A DNA stretch of 33,322 bases from Candidatus Altiarchaeota archaeon (GTDB lineage: Archaea > Altiarchaeota > Altiarchaeia > IMC4 > SCGC-AAA252-I15), in the NCBI GenBank assembly GCA_043822165.1, contig JBDRCA010000163.1, positions 1 through 33,322 of the forward strand. The letters are read 5' to 3'. A program made the position numbers and the translations under genes. This document shows, piece by piece, positions 24,469 through 33,322 of this stretch (positions within the stretch are counted from its first letter, which is position 1; each line of letters begins with the position of its first letter). The notes below the pieces were generated by a model. It searched no databases, was not told the DNA's origin, and was given only the letters and a program-made list of their open reading frames with translations.

Positions 24469-25503
24469 ATGGGTACGTCAAAGTCGGGGAAAACGGGGCA
24501 GAAGTCTAAAACAAAGTCAGTCAAGACGGTTACGAAGTACATGATAATTCTTGCAGCAGCTACAATGCTTTTCTCCAGTTTTTTTTGGATGACGGGGACG
24601 GTCGAGCCCCAGGGTGACGGCGGGAGTCTGCCCCAGAACGTGTCGAATCTCGTAACCTATAATGTGGTTCCGGTAGTCAACGAGTCAAGGATTGTGACGG
24701 TCGGCTCCCCGGTAAACGAGATTGTCGCCATCCCCAAGAGGCCTGACTCGGTCAGGCAGGAGAATCTCTTAGACATGCTGAACGCATCCTTTGAAGGTGT
24801 TTCCCACACGACTGTCGAGCTTTCCAATTCTTACATCCTGTTCAGGTTCCAGGCAGACGACTTTGAGACTGCTTTGAGTAATCTTTCCTCGCATCTAACC
24901 TCTTTCGTGGGTGAGGTGAAGTTTTATGGGGTATACGATGGGCTTGTCGGCTCTGGCAGGATACAGTTGATTGCTGACCTGGGGTTAAATCAAGGCGATG
25001 CGGTTCGCGCGATAGTCTTAGAGCGCCAGGACATATTCCAGACGATTGGCTTGCAGCAGTCCCGCGTCTACTCTGGCCCAATAGTTCCCGCAACCGTCAA
25101 GTATGTGGGCGGGGTCTTCTTCAGGGGTGTCGTCGAACCGGAGTTCAATGACTCGCTTATTGTCGAAGAGTTAGGCGCGATAAACGTGAAACAGGCTCCG
25201 ATGGATTCCGGCGGATTCGAGGTCTCCTTTATTGTCTCCAATGAGTCTGTAGTAGAGGATGTGCGCGCAAGGCTTCCGGGCTATGGTGTTTCAAATGTTT
25301 CGGTTTTCAGGCAGGGCTTCGTGACTCTGCCAGGGGAGATTGCGATGGGAGGCGACCTTCTCCAGCCCACGGGCGGCGAAGCATCCTTTGCGCTCCTCTC
25401 ACTGTCCGCCAAAGCAGGCGATCCGCTGAATGTGAGCATATCATACTCGAAGGATGATAACGTTCTTTCTTCAGTAGAGATTATCGACGCTTCCCTCCTC
25501 TAA
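24469..25503 (+). CDS. Hypothetical single-pass membrane-anchored extracellular protein, rich in N-glycosylation sequons
   Basis: Lys-rich cytoplasmic N-terminus, one TM segment (YMIILAAATMLFSSFFWMTG), then a ~300-aa domain with 8 N-x-S/T sequons. No family recognised. Confidence 0.6.
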   Translation: MGTSKSGKTGQKSKTKSVKTVTKYMIILAAATMLFSSFFWMTGTVEPQGDGGSLPQNVSNLVTYNVVPVVNESRIVTVGSPVNEIVAIPKRPDSVRQENLLDMLNASFEGVSHTTVELSNSYILFRFQADDFETALSNLSSHLTSFVGEVKFYGVYDGLVGSGRIQLIADLGLNQGDAVRAIVLERQDIFQTIGLQQSRVYSGPIVPATVKYVGGVFFRGVVEPEFNDSLIVEELGAINVKQAPMDSGGFEVSFIVSNESVVEDVRARLPGYGVSNVSVFRQGFVTLPGEIAMGGDLLQPTGGEASFALLSLSAKAGDPLNVSISYSKDDNVLSSVEIIDASLL

Positions 25504-26038
25504 TCCACGAGAGAAACCCTTCGAATGACTTTCTGCGGTGAGACAACTCGTTCTTAAGTTTTGTGTCTTCCGCGAACGTCTTGTCGTATCCTTCAGGCAT
25601 AAAAACTGGGTCGTACCCGAACCCTGATGAACCACGGGGCTCAGGGGTTATGGAACCCGCAACTCTCCCCTCAAAACTCTTGAGCGTTTCACCGTCAAAG
25701 TACGCCACAGATGACGCGAACTCGGCACGCCTGTTCCCAGTATCCCCTAAAAGCTTCAGTATACCATAGTTACCCAGCTTTCCGTAGACATAAGCGGAGT
25801 ATGCTCCAGGGAAATCATCCAAGGCCTGTATGAAAAGCCCGGAGTCCTCGACGATAACCGGCTTCCCAATTTTGGCGTAAACGAAACGCACCCCCTCCTC
25901 GGCAACCTCCGAGACGGACTCGCTTCTGAGCTCCGGGTACGGGCACTCGACTCTCTCGAACTTTACGCTAAACAGCTTGCCGACTGCGTTGGCTTCAACC
26001 ACCTTATGCTCGTTCCCTGTGGCGAACAATACCTTCAC
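25481..26038 (-). CDS. rdgB: Non-canonical purine NTP pyrophosphatase (HAM1/RdgB/ITPase family)
   Basis: KVLFATGNEHK, EDSGLFI.ALDDFPG.YSA, FGYDPVFMPEGYDKTFAE, KNELSHRRKS. The GTG start at 26038 was chosen by family N-terminus; the ORF track extends to a TTG at 26059. Confidence 0.8.
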   Translation of the reverse strand: MKVLFATGNEHKVVEANAVGKLFSVKFERVECPYPELRSESVSEVAEEGVRFVYAKIGKPVIVEDSGLFIQALDDFPGAYSAYVYGKLGNYGILKLLGDTGNRRAEFASSVAYFDGETLKSFEGRVAGSITPEPRGSSGFGYDPVFMPEGYDKTFAEDTKLKNELSHRRKSFEGFLSWIRGGKRR

Positions 26039-26079
26039 GATTAAACATTTAACCTGCAAGGTTTATTACTTAGGTTAAA

Positions 26080-27138
26080 ATGTACACCTCCATCATAAAC
26101 TTCCTGCTGTTCGGGGCAGACAACATGTCCCGGATATTTTTGCCTAATCTTGTCAAAGAGCTCGGAGCAAGCGACATGGAGCTCGGGCTCATCGTCGGAA
26201 TATACAGCGCAATGACCTTTACAGCCCACTACATATTCGGGCGCGCATCAGACATGCACGGAAGACGCATCATACTTCGCACAGGTCTGCTGCTCTCAGC
26301 GATAACCTTCATGCTCCAAGTATTCACAAAAGACTACTCAAGCCTATTTCTCGCGCGGGCGCTTGCAGGCTTCACCATGGGAATCGCGCCCGCAGCACTC
26401 ATAGCATACGTCTACGAGGCAAAAGAGAGCATCGGAAAATTCAGTTCATACGGAGCATTCGGCTGGTTCACCGGCTCAATCATTGCCGGAGTACTGGTTG
26501 CCTACAACCGGCTCTTTACGGCAAGCTCGATCTTTCTTTTCATAGCCTTCCTCATATCCCTTAAAATGCCCTCATCAGGGACGAAAAAGATTCACGTGCC
26601 CTTCTTCCCTGTAAAGCTCATCAAAAAGAACGTGCGCATCTACGTCCAGTATTTTCTGCGCCACGTCGGCGCCAACATGACGTGGACGATATACCCGATA
26701 TACTTGGCGGGAATCGGGGCATCCCCTCTCTGGGTGGGCGTAACCTATGCGGTAAACACGGGAACCCAGGCAATAGTGATGCGGCGCCTCGACAAATACG
26801 ACAACAGGAAACTAATATCCCGGGGGCTTTTTCTTTCCATCATATTCTTCGGAGGCTTGGCCATGGCAACCAACTACATCCAAGTCATACCGCTTTCCAT
26901 AGTACTCGGCTTCAGCTGGGCCTTCCTATACGTCGGCTCCCTGGAAAGCCTGCTTGAAGGAAACGTGGAGCGCGCAACAGCGACTGGTCTTCTGAATTCG
27001 ACGATTAATTCCGCAGGCATAGTGGGGCCTCTTGCCGCGGGAGTCATCGCAACCCTTGCGGGCTACCGGGCCGCGGTCGCGGTGTCTGCTCTCTTGTGCA
27101 TTATAGCCTACGTGGACAACAGGCTCTCAAAAGCCTGA
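26080..27138 (+). CDS. Major facilitator superfamily transporter (short, ~10-11 TM)
   Basis: GRASDMHGRRIIL (MFS loop 2-3 motif D-x-x-G-R-R), with hydrophobic segments throughout. Confidence 0.8.
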   Translation: MYTSIINFLLFGADNMSRIFLPNLVKELGASDMELGLIVGIYSAMTFTAHYIFGRASDMHGRRIILRTGLLLSAITFMLQVFTKDYSSLFLARALAGFTMGIAPAALIAYVYEAKESIGKFSSYGAFGWFTGSIIAGVLVAYNRLFTASSIFLFIAFLISLKMPSSGTKKIHVPFFPVKLIKKNVRIYVQYFLRHVGANMTWTIYPIYLAGIGASPLWVGVTYAVNTGTQAIVMRRLDKYDNRKLISRGLFLSIIFFGGLAMATNYIQVIPLSIVLGFSWAFLYVGSLESLLEGNVERATATGLLNSTINSAGIVGPLAAGVIATLAGYRAAVAVSALLCIIAYVDNRLSKA

Positions 27139-27170
27139 TTTAAATTACTCGACAAAAATACTTAACGAAC

Positions 27171-30023
27171 ATGGCATACGACTTCAGGGAGCTTAAAAGC
27201 CGGATGAAACCGGAGTTCCACAAAAACTACGGGAAATACTATCCCGTCGAAAGCCTGTCATCGATAGGCTTCACGCGGAAAGTCTGCGAAAGTTGCGGCC
27301 GAGGCTTCTGGAGCAATCAAGAGAGGGATTTCTGCGACGAGCCCGCGTGCTCCGGCGGCTACCGCTTCATAGGCGAGAAACTAACCCGCAAAAAATTCGC
27401 CTACAAGGAGGCTTGGGATGAATACGTCAAGGTTTTCAGGAAGTGGGATTATGTTCCCATAAAGCGTTACCCCGTGGTGTGTCGCTGGTACGACGAGCTT
27501 TATTTCGTGAACGCTGGCGTAAACGATTTCCAGCCCTACGTCGTCGCAGGCCAGGTGCCCCCGCCGGCTCCAGCGGTACTGGAGCCCCAGTTTTGCCTGC
27601 GCTTCCCCGACATAGACAGTGTGGGCGTTACGGGCCGCCACTACACGGGCTTCATAATGGTGGGCCAGCACACCTTTAACACAGCCGAAAAACACGTCTA
27701 CTTCAAAGACGAGGGAATACTGCAGATGCACGAGTTCCTCACCAAAGGCCTCGGCATAAAGGCGGATGAGATATTCTACCACGAGGACGTGTGGGCTGGC
27801 GGCGGAAACTTCGGGCCCAGCATGGAATTTTTTTCAAGGGGTCTTGAGCTCGGAAACCAGGTGTACATGCAATACGAGGTATTGCCTGACGGAAGCCACC
27901 GGGAGCTTTCCACGAAGGTAATCGACATGGGCGCGGGATTGGAGCGCTGGAGCTGGTTTAGCCAGGGAGTCCCCATGAGCTACGACACGGTGTTTCCGAA
28001 GGTCATGGATTACCTCTACAAGGAAACGGGCGTTAAACCCGACAAGAAAATCTGGACTAAGTTCGCCAGATACGCGGGACTCCTGTCTTTCGACGAAATC
28101 GAGGACGCAGGCGAAGTCTGGAGGCAGGTGGCAAGCGAAGTAGGCTCTGACGTATCCGAGATGAAAAGGCAAGTCTTCCGCATGCGCGCCTTATACGCCA
28201 TCGCAGACCATACGCGCACGCTTCTCGTCGCAATACACGACGGAGCGCTTCCCTCAAACGTGGGAGGCGGATACAACCTGCGAAACATTTTGCGCCGATG
28301 CTGGACGCTCATGGACGAATTCGGCTTCGAATTCGAAATCGAGAAAGTCTTCGAAACCCACGTCAAGGAATTCGGGAACTGGTACACGGAGCTCAAGGAG
28401 ACCGGAAGCTTATGGGACATAATAGACGTCGAAAAGACCCGTTTCGAGGAAGGAAAGGAAAAAGCCAAATCAGTGGTCGAACGCATGGTCGCCGACGGCG
28501 AAGACTTCACAGCAGAGAAACTCGCAAGCCTCTACGACAGCCAAGGCATACACCCCAACGTCATCCGCGAACACAAAAAAGACCTGAAAATCCCTGACAA
28601 CTTCTACCAACTAGTGGACGAGCGCCACGAGAAATCAAAGACCGCCGATGAAGCCAGTAAAAAGATTCTGTCCAAAAAGTATCCTGCGACAGAGACGCTC
28701 TACTACGAAGACATGGCCAAGACATGTTTTGAAGCCAAAGTAGTGGTAGTCGAGAAAGAATACGTAGTCCTGGATAAGACGCTCTTTTACCCCGAGGGCG
28801 GAGGACAGGAAGCAGACCTCGGAACCCTAAACGGCGTCCCAGTAATACACGCCGCCAAGGAAGGAAACACAATAATCCACCAAGTAAAAGACCCACACAA
28901 ATTCAAGGCAGGCGCCAAAGTCAAAGGATGCCTCGACGAGGCGCGGAGAAGACAGCTCACCCAACACCACACCACGACCCACGTCATAAACGCCGCCGCA
29001 AACAAGGTGCTCGGCCCCCACATCTGGCAGGCCGGGGCGCACAAGAGCGTCGAGTCAGCAAGGCTTGACGTCACCCACTACAAGGCAGTCTCAGCCGATG
29101 AGCTTACCAGAATTGAGGCGGAGGCTAACAGGATTGTGGCGGCGGGGATTAAGGTGAACAAGATGGTTTTGCCGCGCGAGGAAGCCGAAAAAAGATACGG
29201 GTTCAGGATTTACCAGGGCGGCGCAGTACCGGGGACAGAGCTTCGCATAATCGACATCGCAGGCGTCGACGCGGAAGCGTGCGGGGGAACCCACCTAGAC
29301 AACACGAAAGACATAGGCAAAATCAAAGTCGTCAAGGCAACGCGCATACAAGACGGAGTCGTCAGAATAGAATTCAAAGCAGGGAAAGCGGCGGAAGAGG
29401 AGGGAAGTAAACAAGAGATAATCTTTGATGAAACAATCTCTATTTTTGAAAAAAATTCGTTCGTCATAAAGAACAAAAAGTTTGATGAAAAGACACTCAA
29501 GATGTCATGTGACGTTTTTAAAGTGCAAGAAGAACACCTACCAGCTACAGTAACCCGATTTTTCAACGAGATTAAAGGACTTTCTCTATTAGACGGATTA
29601 ACAAATGTTGAAACGCTTGATAAGGCATGTGAAAATCTTTTCCAAGCAAAAAAACTGAAAAAGAGGGGTGTTGGTATAATATCCAAAATCACAATAAAAG
29701 GGTTAACTGAAACCATCGAGAAAAAGTTTAAATCGACAAAAGAAGTTATACACGAAACTGAGGGTCATCAGCTGCCAGCTCTTATGAAAATTGCATCCGA
29801 TTCAATCAAGGAACAAGGTCGTGTTCTTGTGCTAGTAAATATTGTCGGTGATAAATGCAATGTCGTCGTCGGCTCATCTAACTCAAAGGTGAACGCCGGA
29901 GAGGTTGCGGGCAGGCTCTCTCAGGCACTTGGCGGCGGAGGCAGGGGGGATGCGCGCATGGGGGTGGGCGGCGGAAAATCATCGAAGGCCGCGGAAATAC
30001 TCGACGGTTTCACTATTAAATAA
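27171..30023 (+). CDS. alaS: Alanyl-tRNA synthetase, archaeal type
   Basis: Archaeal N-terminal catalytic-domain pattern, editing-domain motifs HHTTTHVINAA and CGGTH, C-terminal DHHA1-like GGGGRGD...GGGK. TATA-like tttaaatta about 23-31 nt upstream of the ATG. Confidence 0.95.
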   Translation: MAYDFRELKSRMKPEFHKNYGKYYPVESLSSIGFTRKVCESCGRGFWSNQERDFCDEPACSGGYRFIGEKLTRKKFAYKEAWDEYVKVFRKWDYVPIKRYPVVCRWYDELYFVNAGVNDFQPYVVAGQVPPPAPAVLEPQFCLRFPDIDSVGVTGRHYTGFIMVGQHTFNTAEKHVYFKDEGILQMHEFLTKGLGIKADEIFYHEDVWAGGGNFGPSMEFFSRGLELGNQVYMQYEVLPDGSHRELSTKVIDMGAGLERWSWFSQGVPMSYDTVFPKVMDYLYKETGVKPDKKIWTKFARYAGLLSFDEIEDAGEVWRQVASEVGSDVSEMKRQVFRMRALYAIADHTRTLLVAIHDGALPSNVGGGYNLRNILRRCWTLMDEFGFEFEIEKVFETHVKEFGNWYTELKETGSLWDIIDVEKTRFEEGKEKAKSVVERMVADGEDFTAEKLASLYDSQGIHPNVIREHKKDLKIPDNFYQLVDERHEKSKTADEASKKILSKKYPATETLYYEDMAKTCFEAKVVVVEKEYVVLDKTLFYPEGGGQEADLGTLNGVPVIHAAKEGNTIIHQVKDPHKFKAGAKVKGCLDEARRRQLTQHHTTTHVINAAANKVLGPHIWQAGAHKSVESARLDVTHYKAVSADELTRIEAEANRIVAAGIKVNKMVLPREEAEKRYGFRIYQGGAVPGTELRIIDIAGVDAEACGGTHLDNTKDIGKIKVVKATRIQDGVVRIEFKAGKAAEEEGSKQEIIFDETISIFEKNSFVIKNKKFDEKTLKMSCDVFKVQEEHLPATVTRFFNEIKGLSLLDGLTNVETLDKACENLFQAKKLKKRGVGIISKITIKGLTETIEKKFKSTKEVIHETEGHQLPALMKIASDSIKEQGRVLVLVNIVGDKCNVVVGSSNSKVNAGEVAGRLSQALGGGGRGDARMGVGGGKSSKAAEILDGFTIK

Positions 30024-30053
30024 CTTTTTCCTCCAAGTATGTTACCCTAAAAA

Positions 30054-33000
30054 ATGACGGTCAAACAAGCCGGCGAATACAGGCCCAAGGAAATCGAAGA
30101 AAAAATTCTCGATTACTGGAAAAAGCAGGGGCTGGCAGAAGAAACTCTCGCACCCAGGAAAGATGCGAAACGGTTCAGCTTCCTTGAGGGCCCGCCGACC
30201 GCGAACGCGCCGCCGGCGCTCCACCACGTGGAAGTCAGAGTATTCAAAGACCTTGTGAATCGCATGCGCTACATGCAGGGTTTTTCCGTGCCCCGCAAAG
30301 CCGGCTGGGACTGCCACGGCCTGCCCGTGGAAGTACAAATCGAGAAAAAGCTTAACCTGGCAAGCAAGAAGGAAATAGTTGAGTACGGTGTCGAAAAGTT
30401 CGTCGAAGAATGTAGGGCCTCCGTTTTCAGCCACATAAAAGAGTGGGACAAGCTGACCCGGCGCATGGCCTACTGGATTGATTTAAAGGACCCGTATGTG
30501 ACCATGGACAACGACTACATCGAAAGCGTTTGGTGGTCGATAAGCCAGATCTACAAGAAAGGACTCCTCTATGAAGGTCACAAGGTTGTGCCTTACTGCC
30601 CCCGCTGCGGCACACCCCTTTCAAGCCATGAAGTAGCGCTCGGATACAAGACCGTGAAAGAGGAGACCGTCATCGTAAGCTTCCCAGTCAAAGACGAAGA
30701 CTACTCTCTTCTCGCGTGGACTACGACTCCCTGGACGCTTCTATCCAATCTCGCGCTCGCAGTAAACCCGCAAGTAACTTATGCCAAGATACGCTACCGC
30801 GGCGAAACTTTTGTCCTCGCAAAAGAGCTTGCTGAAAAGCGCTTCCCAGAAGCTGATGTTCTCGAGGAAATCCCCGGAGAAAAACTCGTCGGACTAGAAT
30901 ACCACCCCTTATTCAACCACTTCAACGGAAAACTAGACAAGCCCGCGTGGAGGGTTATCGCAGGCGACTTCGTGACGACAGAAGAAGGAACAGGGATAGT
31001 CCACATAGCGCCCGCATTCGGAGAAGACGACTACAATGCGGGAGTCGAAAACGACCTGCCCCTAGTCAACCCGCTCGGAGAAGACGGGAAATTCACGGAC
31101 GAGATACCCGAGCTTGCCGGCATTTTCGCAAAGGACGCTGACCCGAAGATAATCCACATTCTGTCTGAGCAGGGTTCTCTAGTGGCCCAGTACCCGTACG
31201 AGCACGAGTACCCTTATTGTTGGCGTTGCAATACTCCCCTACTTTATTATGCGATGAAGAGCTGGTTCATCGCGATGACGAAGCTTCGCGAAAATCTTCT
31301 CGCAAACAACCGGGAGATAAATTGGTTTCCGGAGCACATTAAAGACGGAAGGTTCGGGGACTGGCTTGTTAACGTGAAGGACTGGAGTCTTTCAAGGAAT
31401 AGGTTTTGGGGTACTCCGCTTCCCATTTGGCGGTGCGAGTGCGGGGAAACACAGGTTCTAGGTTCGAGAAAGGAGCTTTCCGAGAAGGCGGCGGACAAAG
31501 TATCTGACGACTTTGACCTTCACCGCCCCTACGTCGACGAAGTAAAACTCGCGTGCAAGTGCGGCAAAAAGATGAGCCGCGTAGAATACGTCATAGACTG
31601 CTGGTATGATTCGGGCGCCGCAACCTTCGCCCAACACCACTACCCCTTCGAAAACAAGGAATTATTCGAGGAAAGCTTTCCATACGACTTCATATGCGAG
31701 GCAACAGACCAGACCCGGGGATGGTTCTACACGCTCCTTGCAATATCAACGCTACTATTTGATAAGTCAGCCTACAAAAACTGCGTAGTCGGAGGACTTC
31801 TGCTGGATGATGCCGGCGAAAAAATGAGCAAATCCCACAACAACATACTTGACCCGTGGGAACTGTTCGAGACAGTGGGCGCCGACGCGGTCCGGCTTCA
31901 AATGTGCTCGCAGGCACCGTGGAACGCCAGACGCTTCGGCAAAGACAGCCTAAACGAGGGAGTGCTCCCGCTTCTCAGGACGCTTTGGAACACATACGAG
32001 TTCACGACCCGCTACATGAGTTTGGACGGATTCGACGCCCGCGGCGGGAAAGAAAGGGATGCCAGCTTTAAGGTCGAAGACGAGTGGATCCTATCTGAAA
32101 CAGACACATTGATTGCAGATGTCACAAGAGAGCTTGAGGCAAACAACTACCACATAGCATACGCCCAATTAAACGAGTTCATAGTCGAGAAGCTGTCTCG
32201 CTGGTACATAAAGCTCATCCGGGATAGACTCTGGCTTGAAGACGAGGACGGTAAGATAAACCCCTCAAAGAGCGCAGCATATATCACTCTCACAGAAGTC
32301 TTCACGCGGCTTGTCGCTTTGATGGCGCCTGTGACCCCGTTCATCGCGGAGGAGATTCACATGAACCTCGTAGGCGGCAAATCAGTTCATCTCGCGAAGT
32401 GGCCCGAGCCAGGGAAAACAAAACCGGAACTCGAAGAAGCCATGGAGATAGCGCGCAAAATATTCGAGGCCGGAAGCTTCATGCGCCAGAAAGCCGGAAT
32501 AAAACTTCGCCACCCCATAGCCTCGGTGACGATAGTGGGAGACGACAAAGTCAAAAAAGCATGCGAAAAACTATCCGGTATCATAGGCAAACAATTGAAC
32601 GCCAAAAAAGTTGAATACGTAACCGAAGTCGCGGGCACAACCTACGCGTACGCGCCCAACTTTAAGGTGCTGGGCCCGAAATACGGGAAAGACGCCGCCA
32701 AAGCAGCTGATGCAATAAGAAACGCGGGAGCAAAACTAAAGCAGGCATTGGATGCGGGACGCAAAACAAAGCTTGGGAAATTCGAAGTATCCCCCGACAT
32801 GGTTGCTGAAGTAAAAATACTCGTCCCCGAAAAATACGCTGCAGGAGAATTCACGCACAAAGACTCGTCCGGGGTCGTATACATAAACACTGAACGCGAC
32901 GCAACCCTCATGAACGAGGCGCTGGCCCGCGACGTCATCCGAAACATACAGGAACTCAGGAAAAAAGAAAATCTCGCCGAATTAGACAGAATCAAAGTCA

Positions 33001-33158
33001 AAATAACCGAGTCCCCGAAAGTCAAGGCAATGCTCGGCGAATTCGAAGACGAAGTCTTGAAGGAGGTGCGGGGAGACGAAATAACCCCTGAAAAGGAAGT
33101 TTCTGGGGCGTCATTCAGCTTCGAGGGCGAGGAAATAAAGGTTTCAATCAGTTTTTAG
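30054..33158 (+). CDS. ileS: Isoleucyl-tRNA synthetase (Thermus-like/type with CP1 editing domain)
   Basis: PPTAN...KD, GWDCHGLPVE, VVPYCPRCGTPLSSHEVALGYK, CWRCNTPL, WSLSRNRFWGTPLPIW, KMSKS. It is collinear with Thermus thermophilus IleRS as I remember it. Confidence 0.95.
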   Translation: MTVKQAGEYRPKEIEEKILDYWKKQGLAEETLAPRKDAKRFSFLEGPPTANAPPALHHVEVRVFKDLVNRMRYMQGFSVPRKAGWDCHGLPVEVQIEKKLNLASKKEIVEYGVEKFVEECRASVFSHIKEWDKLTRRMAYWIDLKDPYVTMDNDYIESVWWSISQIYKKGLLYEGHKVVPYCPRCGTPLSSHEVALGYKTVKEETVIVSFPVKDEDYSLLAWTTTPWTLLSNLALAVNPQVTYAKIRYRGETFVLAKELAEKRFPEADVLEEIPGEKLVGLEYHPLFNHFNGKLDKPAWRVIAGDFVTTEEGTGIVHIAPAFGEDDYNAGVENDLPLVNPLGEDGKFTDEIPELAGIFAKDADPKIIHILSEQGSLVAQYPYEHEYPYCWRCNTPLLYYAMKSWFIAMTKLRENLLANNREINWFPEHIKDGRFGDWLVNVKDWSLSRNRFWGTPLPIWRCECGETQVLGSRKELSEKAADKVSDDFDLHRPYVDEVKLACKCGKKMSRVEYVIDCWYDSGAATFAQHHYPFENKELFEESFPYDFICEATDQTRGWFYTLLAISTLLFDKSAYKNCVVGGLLLDDAGEKMSKSHNNILDPWELFETVGADAVRLQMCSQAPWNARRFGKDSLNEGVLPLLRTLWNTYEFTTRYMSLDGFDARGGKERDASFKVEDEWILSETDTLIADVTRELEANNYHIAYAQLNEFIVEKLSRWYIKLIRDRLWLEDEDGKINPSKSAAYITLTEVFTRLVALMAPVTPFIAEEIHMNLVGGKSVHLAKWPEPGKTKPELEEAMEIARKIFEAGSFMRQKAGIKLRHPIASVTIVGDDKVKKACEKLSGIIGKQLNAKKVEYVTEVAGTTYAYAPNFKVLGPKYGKDAAKAADAIRNAGAKLKQALDAGRKTKLGKFEVSPDMVAEVKILVPEKYAAGEFTHKDSSGVVYINTERDATLMNEALARDVIRNIQELRKKENLAELDRIKVKITESPKVKAMLGEFEDEVLKEVRGDEITPEKEVSGASFSFEGEEIKVSISF

Positions 33159-33170
33159 CCTTTTTTATTG
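33159..33170 (+). terminator. Oligo-T tract (ccttttttattg) immediately after the ileS stop; archaeal-style terminator candidate
   Basis: T6 run at 33161-33166, directly downstream of TAG at 33156-33158. Confidence 0.35.
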
Positions 33171-33271
33171 TCATATTGCAATGTATTAAATTCAAAAAAT
33201 TGGGGTGATGTGTGAAGTAAACGTTTTTCTTGCACTCTCACACTCAACTCTAACGACTAAATCACATCAAA

Positions 33272-33322
33272 ATGAAAGGATCTCACGGATACCGGAGGAG
33301 GACTAGAAACCTAAAAACTAAG
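33272..33322 (+). CDS. rpl21e: 5-prime end of ribosomal protein L21e (partial, runs off the window)
   Basis: MKGSHGYRRRTRNLKTK matches the conserved L21e N-terminus (M.kS.GyR..TR). Confidence 0.6.
   Translation, partial: MKGSHGYRRRTRNLKTK

Noticed and set aside
27381-29716. Multiple 60-170-aa minus-strand ORFs inside alaS (for example 28016-28510 and 29210-29716), and similar ones inside ileS, ugd and the aminotransferases
   Set aside because: They are antisense shadows of strongly supported genes. None has a recognisable domain.
33190-33271. gGTGATGTg and weak gtgtga/tcacac complementarity between ileS and rpl21e: an sRNA?
   Set aside because: The C-box has a mismatch, there is no D box, and the stem is only 6 bp. 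It is more simply the rpl21e promoter/leader region.
1-33322. Scan for CRISPR arrays, transposases, integrases, rRNA, inteins or known defence-system genes
   Set aside because: I saw no spaced direct-repeat array, no recombinase or transposase motifs, and no rRNA-like sequence. The only defence-like or selfish elements are the PIN-like gene and the DUF433/DUF5615 pair.

Overview
This is a compact chromosomal segment of about 50% GC, and it looks archaeal: it carries an archaeal-type AlaRS, an L21e start, a long FKBP and a Dph2 relic. Many genes overlap by 4 nt (ATGA/TTGA/GTGA), and TATA-like boxes about 25-30 nt upstream of several start codons suggest leaderless transcripts.

Most of the window (about 1.1-22.3 kb) is a cell-surface glycan precursor island:
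- a ugd-galU-uxs-epimerase operon (UDP-Glc to UDP-GlcA to UDP-Xyl) plus a UDP-GlcA 4-epimerase-like gene;
- a WbpA/B/E/D-like set for a 2,3-diacetamido uronic acid, whose dehydrogenase is broken at a G8 homopolymer;
- a second amino-sugar set (two DegT aminotransferases, a cupin, a hexapeptide acetyltransferase, a Gfo/Idh/MocA oxidoreductase);
- a MOP/Wzx-type flippase;
- a decaprenyl-phosphate phosphoribosyltransferase-like UbiA enzyme translationally coupled to a PHP phosphoesterase;
- a cysD-cysN sulfate-activation pair with no APS kinase, followed by a minimal alkaline-phosphatase/NPP-fold protein.

No glycosyltransferase or oligosaccharyltransferase is visible. The right third is housekeeping: nadE, a decayed dph2, FKBP, an ITPase, an MFS transporter, alaS, ileS and the start of rpl21e. 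Accessory elements are an orphan PIN-like gene and a DUF433/DUF5615 toxin-antitoxin cassette. That cassette sits between an oxidoreductase gene and a relic copy of the gene's last ~20 codons.

The most unusual observations are:
- an identical C-terminal peptide, RLRALGY(L/M), on three consecutive ORFs (a micro-ORF, an RHH protein and CysD), with different codons in each copy;
- the cysDN + NPP-fold module embedded in a glycan island;
- the UbiA + PHP pair;
- a roughly 30% GC patch inside alaS;
- the two disrupted genes.

All functional calls come from motif recognition by eye. No database search was run.
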